Origin: Candidatus Hodarchaeum mangrovi
Lineage (GTDB): Archaea > Asgardarchaeota > Heimdallarchaeia > Hodarchaeales > Hodarchaeaceae
DNA length: 37,664 nt
Assembly (NCBI GenBank): GCA_016839515.1
Contig: JAEOUE010000212.1
Location: forward strand, 1 to 37,664
Direction: 5' to 3'
A program made the position numbers and the translations under genes. The number at the start of each line of letters is the position of its first letter. Position 1 is the first letter of the stretch. The notes under the pieces were generated by a model. That model was given only the letters and a program-made list of their open reading frames with translations. It was not told the DNA's origin and did no database searches. This document shows positions 9,169-19,154 of the stretch, piece after piece.

Positions 9169-11063
9169 TATAAATCACCATTAAGAATACTATCAATTTT
9201 CTCAATAATTTCTTTTACAAGAAACGGTCTTCCCTGGGTTTTATTAAGGCCGATAGTTTCTATTGAATATTTTGCTTGAATTAAAAATTTAAGCTGCCCT
9301 CTATTCAGTTCGGGAATTAAAATCTTCTTGTAAGATTGTACAATCTCTTCTAAATTCTGTGGAAAAGGATTTATATATCTCAAATTTGTATTCGCTACAG
9401 AATATCCTTGCTGTCTCATTTTTTCCGCTGCAATTTGCACTGCACCATTAGTTGAACCCCAACTAAGTACAAGTAAATCGCCTTCTGCTGGTCCTTCTAT
9501 ATTTTGCCTTGGTATATCTTCTGCAATTTTTTCTATCTTTTCTGATCTTAACTTAACCATTAGCTCATGATTTTCAGGATCATAACTTACATTTCCTGTT
9601 TTGTCTTCTTTCTCTAAACCACCAATGCGATGTTCTAATCCTTTTATTCCTGGAATTGCCCAAGGTCGTGCTAAGTTTTCATTTCTGATATAAGGAAGAA
9701 AGTGATCAGCTATGTCAAACGATTCTTTTGTTGGGTGATCAATCTTTAGGCTAGGAATTTGGTTAATATCAGGGATTTTCCATGGATCAATATTGTTTGC
9801 CATATAACCATCAGATAACAATAATACAGGAGTCATGAATTTTGTAGCTATTCGAATAGCTTCAATTGCCATATAAAAACAGTCTCCAGATGACTGTGGT
9901 GCAAGAACTGGTAAAGGAGATTCACCATTTCTTCCATATATCCCTTGTAATAAGTCTGATTGTTCTGTTTTTGTTGGCATCCCTGTACTTGGTCCAGCAC
10001 GTTGGACATTAACGACTATAATAGGTAGTTCTGTTATTACTGCCAATCCTAAGGCTTCGCTCATAAGGGCAAAACCTGGTCCTGATGTTCCTGTTACACC
10101 AATAACCCCTCCGAAAGCTGCTCCTATTATTGAACCAATCGCAGCTATTTCATCTTCAGCTTGAAATGTTCGGATTCCATATCCATGATAGCGAACTAAA
10201 TCATGGAGAAGATCACTAGCCGGGGTTATTGGATATGCGCCATAAAAAACTTCCTTTTTTACAATCTGAGCAGCTGTTACAAAGCCTAGCGCAAGAGCTT
10301 GATTTCCAGAAATGTATCTATATAACCCTGGTTCCATTTTAGCCTTTGGTACTTGATATTGAACAGAAAAAAGTTCAGTAGTTTCTCCGTAATAGTATCC
10401 TGCTTTTAATGCTAGAGTATTTGCTTCAATGATGGCAGGTCGTTTGTTAAATTTATCTTGAATCCATTCTATTGTTGATTCTAAAGGTCTGTTATAAAGC
10501 CATGATAATAATCCTAAAGTATAGAAATTTCGTGTTAGATTGATTTGCTTATTGGTTAGGCCCTCTACTTTATGAACTGCTTCGTAATTCAATTTAGTTA
10601 TATCTAAACTAAATACCCGATATTTGTCAAGAGATTGATCTTTCAAGGGATTTAAAGAGTAACCAGCTTTAGATAAGTTTTTAGGTGTAAATGTAGACTC
10701 ATCTATAATTATAATGCCATTTGGTTTTAAATCTTTTATGTTTACTCGTAAAGCAGCTGGATTCATCGCTATTAAAGCGTCTAAATCATCACCAGGAGTA
10801 GAAATTTTAGTTGAAGAAAAATGAATCTGAAATCCAGACACACCTGCAAGCGTACCTGTAGGAGCACGAATCTCTGCAGGAAACTCTGGGAAAGTAGAGA
10901 CATCATTTCCAAAAATAACTGATGCCGAAGTAAATTTTAGGCCTGCTAACTGCATCCCATCTCCACTATCTCCAGTAAAACGAATAACAGCTTGAGGTAA
11001 TGTTTCAGTCGATTTTGAAGTGGTAGATTCACGTTCTTCATGAGTTTCTTGGATTTCTTCCAT
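9168..11063 (-). CDS. korA: 2-oxoacid:ferredoxin oxidoreductase alpha subunit (gamma-alpha fusion)
   Basis: GDSGDGMQLAG, FPAEIRAP, YPITPAS, QAEDEIAA and QRAGPSTGMPTKTEQ. Its stop overlaps the korB start by 1 nt (TAATG). Confidence 0.96.
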   Translation of the reverse strand: MEEIQETHEERESTTSKSTETLPQAVIRFTGDSGDGMQLAGLKFTSASVIFGNDVSTFPEFPAEIRAPTGTLAGVSGFQIHFSSTKISTPGDDLDALIAMNPAALRVNIKDLKPNGIIIIDESTFTPKNLSKAGYSLNPLKDQSLDKYRVFSLDITKLNYEAVHKVEGLTNKQINLTRNFYTLGLLSWLYNRPLESTIEWIQDKFNKRPAIIEANTLALKAGYYYGETTELFSVQYQVPKAKMEPGLYRYISGNQALALGFVTAAQIVKKEVFYGAYPITPASDLLHDLVRYHGYGIRTFQAEDEIAAIGSIIGAAFGGVIGVTGTSGPGFALMSEALGLAVITELPIIVVNVQRAGPSTGMPTKTEQSDLLQGIYGRNGESPLPVLAPQSSGDCFYMAIEAIRIATKFMTPVLLLSDGYMANNIDPWKIPDINQIPSLKIDHPTKESFDIADHFLPYIRNENLARPWAIPGIKGLEHRIGGLEKEDKTGNVSYDPENHELMVKLRSEKIEKIAEDIPRQNIEGPAEGDLLVLSWGSTNGAVQIAAEKMRQQGYSVANTNLRYINPFPQNLEEIVQSYKKILIPELNRGQLKFLIQAKYSIETIGLNKTQGRPFLVKEIIEKIDSILNGDL

Positions 11064-11122
11064 TAATTCACACCAAATATTCTATATATTAACAATAAAT
11101 CAGAGATTTTGTTATATATCTA

Positions 11123-11599
11123 TCAAGCTCCCTCTCTTTGATCTTGAGGTGGTTGAGATGGCGAAATCGTATATACTGATTCAGCAATATACTCAACTAG
11201 ATAAGAAATGAAATCACGTGCGGAAACAATTCCTATCAGTTTTCCTTCTTCTACAATTGCTAAGTGCTTAAATGTAGTTTTATATAACGTTAATACAATT
11301 TCAGCAATAGACTCACGGCATTCTATTGTTTTGAAATTTGTTTTCATAATTGATTTCGCAGAATCATCTTCAGTAAATTTATTTTCTCCAAAACAGCGAA
11401 GAATATCTCTTTCAGTTATTATTCCTAATAAATTTTTATCATTATCTAATATAGCCACATAACCAGTCCATTGAGACTGTAAGGCTATAATTGCATCACG
11501 AATTGTCGCATCTTCAGATATTGAATTAATTTCTCTTCGAATTAAACGTTTACAGTCTTCTTTTCTAAAAATAGAAATCAGATAATCTTCTTTCGTCAT
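11123..11599 (-). CDS. Tandem CBS domain protein
   Basis: LLGIITERDIL, FKHLAIVEEGKLIGIVSARDF. It lies 59 bp upstream of korA on the same strand. Confidence 0.92.
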   Translation of the reverse strand: MTKEDYLISIFRKEDCKRLIRREINSISEDATIRDAIIALQSQWTGYVAILDNDKNLLGIITERDILRCFGENKFTEDDSAKSIMKTNFKTIECRESIAEIVLTLYKTTFKHLAIVEEGKLIGIVSARDFISYLVEYIAESVYTISPSQPPQDQREGA

Positions 11600-12082
11600 T
11601 TTATTCCCAAGCTTAATAGTTTTCCTTTTATGCTTTAATGAGTCTCTTTATATGCTTTCAAATAGTTTATTGTTTCTATTCTTTTTTTATTGAATAAGAT
11701 TGATTTATAATTAACTATTGCTTTATCTTTGGCTAAATCTGGATGGATTTGTCAATCATATTATTAATAATGATTCATCTTCTTTTTAATTAAACAAAAT
11801 CTAGGTTTGTGACCTTGAAATAATGGATAAGAGATAAATTGGTTTCAGGGCAGTAATATGATTAGTATTATCATTTTGGAATAGTATTTTAATTCTTGAA
11901 AAGCCTTTTTTTACGAAAATTTTAGGTAAGAGATATAAAGAGCTTAAAATCTGCATAAAGCTTTGATTAGGTCTTTCTCGAGAAATTTTCATTAAGTGTT
12001 AATGACTATTCTCAAGGAAAAAGAAATGAAACCAAAATTTTTTATTTAAGTTAGAATTATATTTTTTAAGGTGGAAAATCGA

Positions 12083-13549
12083 ATGGTAACTCGGACTAAA
12101 ATTGTTTGTACCATCGGCCCTGCTTCTGAGAAAATTACGGTATTAAAAAAGCTTGTTGACGCTGGAATGGATGTTTGTCGACTTAATTTTTCTCATGGTG
12201 CTCATCCTGATCATTTGGAGAGATACGAAAGGATAAGAGCAGTTTCAGAAGATTTAGCGGTTTTAATTGATTTATGTGGACCAAAAATACGAACAGGTGA
12301 AGTAGTTGAGGGAACGATACTAGAGGCAGGACAGAAACTTCGGATTTCAAAGGTAATAGGATTAGAAGGGAATTCTGAAGTTATATCCACGAATTATCCA
12401 CCATTAATTGATGATGCCAAGGTAGGAAATCATCTTGCAATTGATGATGGTTTACTGCAACTTGTGGTTACTAAAAAAACTGAAAATGAACTTATCTGTA
12501 AAGTTGAATATGGTGGAGAGTTAAAGTCTCGGAAAGGGATAAATGCTCCAGATGTTCCACTTTCATTGTATTTTCCAACTCAGAAAGATTATGATGATAT
12601 TAGTTTTGTATGCAGAAAGTTTGAAGACCCTGCTGATTATATTGCCGCATCATTTGTTCGAAGAAAAGAAGATATTCTTGCAATTAAGGAAAAATTAACG
12701 GAATATAACTCACCAATAAAAATTATTAGCAAAATAGAAAATAGAGACGGAATAAAAAATTTTGATGAGATTTTGAAAGTTTCTGATGGGATCATGGTCG
12801 CTAGAGGTGATCTTGGAATTGAAATTCCTTCAGAACAAGTACCACTAGTTCAAAAACAATTAATCCGTAAGTGCAACTCTTTAGGTAAACCTGTCATTGT
12901 AGCGACTCAGATGTTGGATTCCATGACATATAATCCCCGTCCCACTAGAGCTGAAGTATCTGATGTCTCAAATGCTATAATTGACGGTGCTGATGCTGTC
13001 ATGCTTTCTGGTGAAACTGCTGTTGGGAAATATCCTGTTGAGACTGTTAATTTCATGGAACGAATCTTAAAAGAAATAAACATAAATCATCAACTTTTCA
13101 AAGGTCGGACAGTTGAATGGACTGGTGATGAACCTTCAGGTGCAGAGGTTCTCGGTCGTGCTGCCCACTTAATCAGTGACGCTAGTTCATTAGATATAAG
13201 TGCAATAGTGACCAGTACGCGAACAGGTTCGACTACAAATCTTATAGCTAAATGTAGACCTTCTAAGCCAATTATTGCAGGAACCCCCTATAAAAGCATT
13301 AAACGTCAATTGAATTTAATCTGGGGAGTTTATCCAATATTAGTCGATGTCACACCCTCTTATAACGAATTATTATATGAAATTGTGTTAAAAGCCCATG
13401 AACAGGAATTACTTAACCCTAAAGACACAATATTAGCAGTTGGAGGATCATTATTAGGATTTCCCTCAAAAACTAATCAAATTCAAATTTTAAAAGTTGA
13501 AGATGTTCTATTATTTGGCCAACAACTAAAACGTACCATTTTAGAATAA
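12083..13549 (+). CDS. pyk: Pyruvate kinase
   Basis: RTKIVCTIGPAS, RLNFSHG, DGIMVARGDLG, ATQMLDSM..NPRPTRAE, MLSGETA. ATG at 12083 follows an AGGTGG SD (the track start GTG 12071 lies within that SD). Confidence 0.97.
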   Translation: MVTRTKIVCTIGPASEKITVLKKLVDAGMDVCRLNFSHGAHPDHLERYERIRAVSEDLAVLIDLCGPKIRTGEVVEGTILEAGQKLRISKVIGLEGNSEVISTNYPPLIDDAKVGNHLAIDDGLLQLVVTKKTENELICKVEYGGELKSRKGINAPDVPLSLYFPTQKDYDDISFVCRKFEDPADYIAASFVRRKEDILAIKEKLTEYNSPIKIISKIENRDGIKNFDEILKVSDGIMVARGDLGIEIPSEQVPLVQKQLIRKCNSLGKPVIVATQMLDSMTYNPRPTRAEVSDVSNAIIDGADAVMLSGETAVGKYPVETVNFMERILKEININHQLFKGRTVEWTGDEPSGAEVLGRAAHLISDASSLDISAIVTSTRTGSTTNLIAKCRPSKPIIAGTPYKSIKRQLNLIWGVYPILVDVTPSYNELLYEIVLKAHEQELLNPKDTILAVGGSLLGFPSKTNQIQILKVEDVLLFGQQLKRTILE

Positions 13550-13871
13550 ATAATTCTATTTCCTGATTTTTTTTTTATTCTTGAATTGAGAATCGTAAGG
13601 ATAAATCACTTCTTATATCTTCTAAAGCATAATTCATTGATTTTAAAAGGGAAAATTTATTTCTTAAATATTCACTAGTAATTAAATTATCATAACATAT
13701 GTTGAAGTGAAGACAAAAACTAGTGATTCAGTTATATTAACTGCTGAACAATTTATTAATATTAAAATAACTAAAACTCCGTTCATAAGACTAGATCACC
13801 TTATTCAGGTATCAGAGGTTAGTTTTAGCTTTTTTAATTTGTTTTAAAAATCAAAATAGGTCGGAAAATAA

Positions 13872-16112
13872 ATGATAATCGCAACTATAGCAGATGGTTA
13901 TCACGAAGATTATGCTAAATCAGTGGGACGAATCGCTGAGAAGTATATTACTGATTTGGGTCTTAATATTGATGAAATTGTCGAAATAATTAATGGTGAT
14001 AAAAGATTAGGTATAATATTAAGGCCAAAGGAAGAAATCATCGAAAATAGCCGATCTAAATCTAAGTTTCCACATACAGAAAGAAGACACCCAAAAGACA
14101 AAAATGAAGTAATCCTTCATCTTAATGGATTTTTAAGAGCACATTTGAATATTGGTATCGGACAAAAGGTTAGAATTGACAAATTAACATGTCCAGAAGC
14201 AGAGAAAGTTATTATTTCTCCTTCTTCAGTTGAGGATAAACCAAAAATCTACATTGATTTCTTAATGAATCGTCCTGTAGTTCGGGGCCAGATATTAGAG
14301 CTTCAAAATAAATTGGGTTATGATTTACGAGTGGGAATCCTCTCAACTACCCCACCTGGTATTGTATTCATTGGTGAGAATACTGATGTTCGAATCACCC
14401 ATGAACCAGCAAGAGAACTAATCGAAGATTCGGATATAATCACTTGGGATGATATCGGGGGTACAAAGGAAGCATTAGCTCGATTGAGAACTTTAGTTGA
14501 GTATCCTTTACGTTATCCTGAAGTTTTTCAGATGTTGGACATAGATACACCTCATGGAATCCTTCTCACAGGTCCTCCTGGAATAGGAAAAACCTACCTT
14601 AGTAAAGCGATTGCGTGTGAATCAGGGGTAACAAGATTTTTTGTTATGGCTCCTGAGTACGTAAAGGGGTGGTGGAATACAGAACAAGAAATTGAAAAGT
14701 ATTTCAAACATATTAAGAACTATGAACCAGCTGTTTTAATTATTGATCAAATAGAAGTACTTGCTCCTTATCCTGGATCAAATATTTCTGATTTAGAGAA
14801 AAGGTTAACAGATCAGCTAATAAAGAGCTTTGATAAGCATATTACTAATAGTAAAATTATTGTTATCGGTACAACACAAAATGCAAGCAATTTAAATCCT
14901 TCGCTACGGGTTTATGGTCGATTTGATGTTGAATTAAATCTACAAGTCCCTAATGCTACTGATAGATACGAAATTTTATCAATTCAAACGAGAGGGATTC
15001 CTTTAAGAGACGTTTCTCTTCATGAAATTGCTGAAACGACTGGAGGATTCACTCCCGCTGATTTAGAATTATTAGTTAAAGAAGCAGGAATGAGAGCCCT
15101 CGAACGTGAGAACCTTCTCAACCTTGATTTTGAAACCCAAATAGATGATTTAGTAAGAACAAGTTATCCCAAAATTGAGATTTCTCAAGATGATTTCTTA
15201 ATCGCGCTTTCCTCTATTAAACCATCTGCGAGTCGTGAAATCACATTTCAAATTCCTGATGTGAGATGGGACGATATTGGGGGGCTTGAGGAGGTCAAAC
15301 AATCTCTAAAGGAAATGATTGAATGGCCTATTAAATATCCAGAAATTTTTACGCAGATGGGGATTCGTTCTCCAAGAGGTGTGTTATTATATGGCCCCCC
15401 AGGTACTGGGAAAACTCTTCTGGCTAAAGCTTTAGCTAATGAAATTCAAGCTAATTTTATCGTTGTAAAAGGGCCTGAGCTTCTATCAAAATGGTTTTCT
15501 GAAAGTGCTAGACTAATTCGTGACCTTTTCAAGCGAGCTAGGCAACTGGCACCTTGTATAGTGTTTTTTGATGAAATTGATGCCATAGCTACCCATCGGG
15601 GAGGAAGTTTCCCAAGTGAAGGATCCCGAGAGAGGGATAGAATCATAAATCAATTACTTGCTTCACTTGATGGAGTTGAAAAATTAAATGGAGTCTTTGT
15701 TGTAAGTGCAACAAATCGACCAGATACAATAGATCCAGCCCTTCTTCGTCCTGGAAGGCTGGATCGTTTAATATATGTCCCTGTTCCTGATGATATTGGT
15801 CGTTTAAAAATCTTAGAAGTCCATACTCGACGAATGAATCTCGAAAAAAATGTAGATCTTAATGCCTTAGCGTTTAAGACCGAAAATTACACAGGTGCAG
15901 ATATAGAGAATCTTTGTCGTGAGGCAGCTTTTGCAGCACTTCGAAAAAACCCATCCATTCGTTCTGTATCTATGATGGATTTTGAAGAAGCTTTAGACAT
16001 CTGTAGACCAAGTGTTAACCGTGATGTTATTGATTATTATCGAGTACAGGAAGAATTGATGAAGAAAAAACGAACAATAGAATATTCTTATTTTAAGGAG
16101 GAGTTTGGGTAA
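13872..16112 (+). CDS. Cdc48/p97-family type II AAA+ ATPase, paralogue A (degenerate D1)
   Basis: N-domain, then D1 (GPPGIGKT; Walker B LIIDQ), then D2 (GPPGTGKT; VFFDEID; ATNRPD; LLRPGRLD). Confidence 0.95.
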   Translation: MIIATIADGYHEDYAKSVGRIAEKYITDLGLNIDEIVEIINGDKRLGIILRPKEEIIENSRSKSKFPHTERRHPKDKNEVILHLNGFLRAHLNIGIGQKVRIDKLTCPEAEKVIISPSSVEDKPKIYIDFLMNRPVVRGQILELQNKLGYDLRVGILSTTPPGIVFIGENTDVRITHEPARELIEDSDIITWDDIGGTKEALARLRTLVEYPLRYPEVFQMLDIDTPHGILLTGPPGIGKTYLSKAIACESGVTRFFVMAPEYVKGWWNTEQEIEKYFKHIKNYEPAVLIIDQIEVLAPYPGSNISDLEKRLTDQLIKSFDKHITNSKIIVIGTTQNASNLNPSLRVYGRFDVELNLQVPNATDRYEILSIQTRGIPLRDVSLHEIAETTGGFTPADLELLVKEAGMRALERENLLNLDFETQIDDLVRTSYPKIEISQDDFLIALSSIKPSASREITFQIPDVRWDDIGGLEEVKQSLKEMIEWPIKYPEIFTQMGIRSPRGVLLYGPPGTGKTLLAKALANEIQANFIVVKGPELLSKWFSESARLIRDLFKRARQLAPCIVFFDEIDAIATHRGGSFPSEGSRERDRIINQLLASLDGVEKLNGVFVVSATNRPDTIDPALLRPGRLDRLIYVPVPDDIGRLKILEVHTRRMNLEKNVDLNALAFKTENYTGADIENLCREAAFAALRKNPSIRSVSMMDFEEALDICRPSVNRDVIDYYRVQEELMKKKRTIEYSYFKEEFG

Positions 16113-18464
16113 ATGGTTGTTTGTGAGTTATATGAACCTCTGAAAAGTGATTACGGGAAACGAATTATCAAACTTCCCAATGAAGTATTCAAATTATTAG
16201 GAATAGAAGAATTCGATATCGTGGAAGTAATTTCTGGATCTAAAAGGATTGGGGTTCATGCTCTTATTGATCATACACTAGTAAAAACGTCAAAAGAATT
16301 TCTGAATGGAATATCTCAGCCTGTACCGAAGAAAGATGACAAATCCCAAGAAAAAGACTTACCTACACCAAAGGGATTACCATTTCAAGGTTATGAGATA
16401 GATAGAAGTGACCTATATCCAGCTCGTTTAGATGGTGAAGTAAGATTATCACTAAACCTTGGTTTAAATGACCTAATTGAGGTCGATACGATTCTTACAC
16501 CTATTAAAGCAAAAAGGGTCTATTTTAGTGTGCTAGGAAGAGCTCCAAATGAATTGACAGACGAAGAGAAAGAACTTTTATTTAAAGAATTAAGTAAACA
16601 GAAAAAAATTGGTCCATTATCTCCTGGCCTTGTACTTGGTATTCAAATTGCATTTAAAGAGGAAAAAGTCTTAATTCAAGCTACCGAGCCAGATGGAATT
16701 GTCTCAGTTACATCAAAGACTGAATATGAATTACTTGACACTTTTCTCTCTTCAAGATCAATGAAAACTGAAAAAATTAGTTATGAAAATATTGGAGGTC
16801 ATGAAGAAGTTATTTTTCGCATTCGTAAGCTTGTAGAGATTCCAATTAAAAAACCCGAGGTATTTTCATCAATAAATCTTGTTCCTCCTTCAGGGATACT
16901 TCTCACTGGACCTACAGGGGTTGGAAAGACTTTATTGCTTAAAGCAGTTGCTAATGAGTCTAGAGCTAAAATCATTGAGCCTCCATCAAATTTATTTGCT
17001 GGTGTAGGACCTACAGAAAAGAATATAAGAGATTTATTCAAAAATGTCAAAATTGAGTCACAAAAAAATCCTATACTTTTAATATTAGATAACATTCATT
17101 CTATGATTCCTGCTCCTTATATTAATATCCCTGAATATGTCCGTCGCTTTAATGTTCAATTTGCATTAGGTTTGGATTCGTTAAAGGGTTCACGCGTTAT
17201 TGTTTTGGCAGCATGTCATAGTGCGGATGAAGTGGATCCAATCATGCGAAGACCAGGACGATTTGATCTTGAAGTAGAATTAACAGTCCCAACAATAAGA
17301 GAGCGATTTATTATTTTATCGATTCATCTTCGACATGTACCGTTAGACAAAAAAGTGACTTCTGAAGTTCTAGAAAGATTTGCTAATAGAATGGTGGGTT
17401 ACGTTGGAGCTGATATAGCATCCTTCGTAAAGGAAGCTTGTTTACATGCTGTAAGTAGGAATACATCTCTGTTCAGTGAATGGTCAACAATTCCTCCTTT
17501 CCTCCTACGTCTGATTAAAGTGAATATAGGAGATTTGGAAGAAGCATTTAAAGTAGTAGAACCATCAGCACTTCGTTCTATCCATTCAAAAATAGATATT
17601 CCTAATGTTAAATGGGAAGATGTTGGTGGATTAACCGAAATTAAAAAAATACTCCAAGAACAGATTACATTGCAATTTAGGAATCCTGAAATATTACAAG
17701 AAATGGGTATAAAACCTTCTCATGGGCTTTTATTTTATGGCCCACCTGGTAATGGAAAAACACTGCTGGCAAAAGCTATTGCAACTGAATTACAAGCAAA
17801 TTTTATTTCTGTGAAAGGTCCAGAGTTATTAAGCGTTTGGTTTGGGGAATCAGCTAAAATAATTCGTGAATTATTTAATCAGGCACAAAAGCTTTCCCCT
17901 TGTATTATCTTTTTTGATGAAATAGATGCTATGGTTCCTAGAAGAGGAGTTGATAGTACTGAAGGTGGAAGAGAAATTGATGCAACTGTAAATCAATTAT
18001 TGACATTATTAGATGGCATGGAAAATACACAGGGTATATTCGTAATGGGGGCTACAAATCGTCCCAATGCACTCGATCCTGCACTTCTCCGACCTGGGAG
18101 ACTTGATCGCTTAATCCTCGTTCCATCTCCAGACGAAATTAGTCGAGAAGAAATATTAAAAGTTCATACTAGAAATATTCCTATTAAAGCTGATAAAGTT
18201 AAACTATTACAAGAAATGGCAAACTTAACGGAGAATTATAGTGGAGCTGATCTAGAAAACCTTTGTCGCGAAGCTGTGCTTACTTGTTTAAGAGAAGATT
18301 TTAATCAAAGAGAAGTTCAATATATCCATTTTGAAACTGCACTTAAAAAAGTTAGTCCTAGTGTAGATCCTGAATTACAACAATTCTATAAGAATTTTGC
18401 TACTGAAATAAATATTCAAAGAAATTTATTGTCGTCTATTCGAAAAGAATTAACTTATCAGTAG
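16113..18464 (+). CDS. Cdc48/p97-family type II AAA+ ATPase, paralogue B (degenerate D1)
   Basis: N-domain, then D1 (GPTGVGKT; Walker B LILDN), then D2 (GPPGNGKT; IFFDEID; ATNRPN; LLRPGRLD). ATG comes immediately after the TAA of paralogue A, with a GGAGG SD inside the 3' end of A. Confidence 0.95.
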   Translation: MVVCELYEPLKSDYGKRIIKLPNEVFKLLGIEEFDIVEVISGSKRIGVHALIDHTLVKTSKEFLNGISQPVPKKDDKSQEKDLPTPKGLPFQGYEIDRSDLYPARLDGEVRLSLNLGLNDLIEVDTILTPIKAKRVYFSVLGRAPNELTDEEKELLFKELSKQKKIGPLSPGLVLGIQIAFKEEKVLIQATEPDGIVSVTSKTEYELLDTFLSSRSMKTEKISYENIGGHEEVIFRIRKLVEIPIKKPEVFSSINLVPPSGILLTGPTGVGKTLLLKAVANESRAKIIEPPSNLFAGVGPTEKNIRDLFKNVKIESQKNPILLILDNIHSMIPAPYINIPEYVRRFNVQFALGLDSLKGSRVIVLAACHSADEVDPIMRRPGRFDLEVELTVPTIRERFIILSIHLRHVPLDKKVTSEVLERFANRMVGYVGADIASFVKEACLHAVSRNTSLFSEWSTIPPFLLRLIKVNIGDLEEAFKVVEPSALRSIHSKIDIPNVKWEDVGGLTEIKKILQEQITLQFRNPEILQEMGIKPSHGLLFYGPPGNGKTLLAKAIATELQANFISVKGPELLSVWFGESAKIIRELFNQAQKLSPCIIFFDEIDAMVPRRGVDSTEGGREIDATVNQLLTLLDGMENTQGIFVMGATNRPNALDPALLRPGRLDRLILVPSPDEISREEILKVHTRNIPIKADKVKLLQEMANLTENYSGADLENLCREAVLTCLREDFNQREVQYIHFETALKKVSPSVDPELQQFYKNFATEINIQRNLLSSIRKELTYQ

Positions 18465-18487
18465 AGTGAAGGTAAAAAGAAGGGTAA

Positions 18488-19153
18488 TTAAAGGGTTTTT
18501 ACCCATTTATAGACAGGTTCACAGAGCAATTTGATTCGTTCTTTTTCTTCTGTCATTGGCCCAGAGGTCCATGATGAATCAGGTTCAAACCAAAAGTCAA
18601 TTAAATTGCCAACGCGATCTTCTTTAGAAGCAAATTTAATAATTACAGGCATATTAGTCTCAGTATGCCATGGTTCTTTAATATGAAGGATGTTGGCAAT
18701 GGCTGTTTTACTATCTCCTACAAGAACATAAGCTAATACAAAAGGAAGTTTTTTCAATGCACTCTTAGCAGCAAATCCGCACACAGTCCAAGCATGCAAT
18801 TTCCCTTTTTTAGGCATTTCAACCCAAGTAGTTTTTTCTAAATTACAATCAAGATTCCAACAATTTACTCTTGGAGGAAAAGTTATGTCACCACAGATAG
18901 GACATTTAGTACCAAGTAATTTTCCTTCTAAAAGTCCAATAGCATATGGACTTAAAGTGCCTAATCTGAATGTATAGAGCATATCATAGTAAATCTGTTG
19001 TTCCATCCATTGTGCTCCTCCCGCTTTTCCTGTTCTAATGTTTTGCCAAACCCAACCTTTTTCAGGAATCTCTTTTTGAATATTTTTCCATGCATTCCAT
19101 TGAAATTCTTTATTGAATGGAGTAGGATGTAAATCACCTGATGTTTTTTTCAT
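18488..19153 (-). CDS. DUF35-type Zn-ribbon/OB-fold protein (thiolase partner)
   Basis: GKLLGTKCPICG.ITFPPRVNC, then GKLHAWT and PFVLAYV. The ATG at 19153 follows a GGAGG SD, 1 nt past the thiolase stop, so it is preferred over the track start at 19216. Confidence 0.9.
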   Translation of the reverse strand: MKKTSGDLHPTPFNKEFQWNAWKNIQKEIPEKGWVWQNIRTGKAGGAQWMEQQIYYDMLYTFRLGTLSPYAIGLLEGKLLGTKCPICGDITFPPRVNCWNLDCNLEKTTWVEMPKKGKLHAWTVCGFAAKSALKKLPFVLAYVLVGDSKTAIANILHIKEPWHTETNMPVIIKFASKEDRVGNLIDFWFEPDSSWTSGPMTEEKERIKLLCEPVYKWVKTL

Positions 19154-19154
19154 C

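Noticed and set aside
11801-11992. 63-aa ORF between the CBS gene and pyk
   Set aside because: No SD or family motif and composition typical of AT-rich spacer; the region more likely holds divergent promoters.
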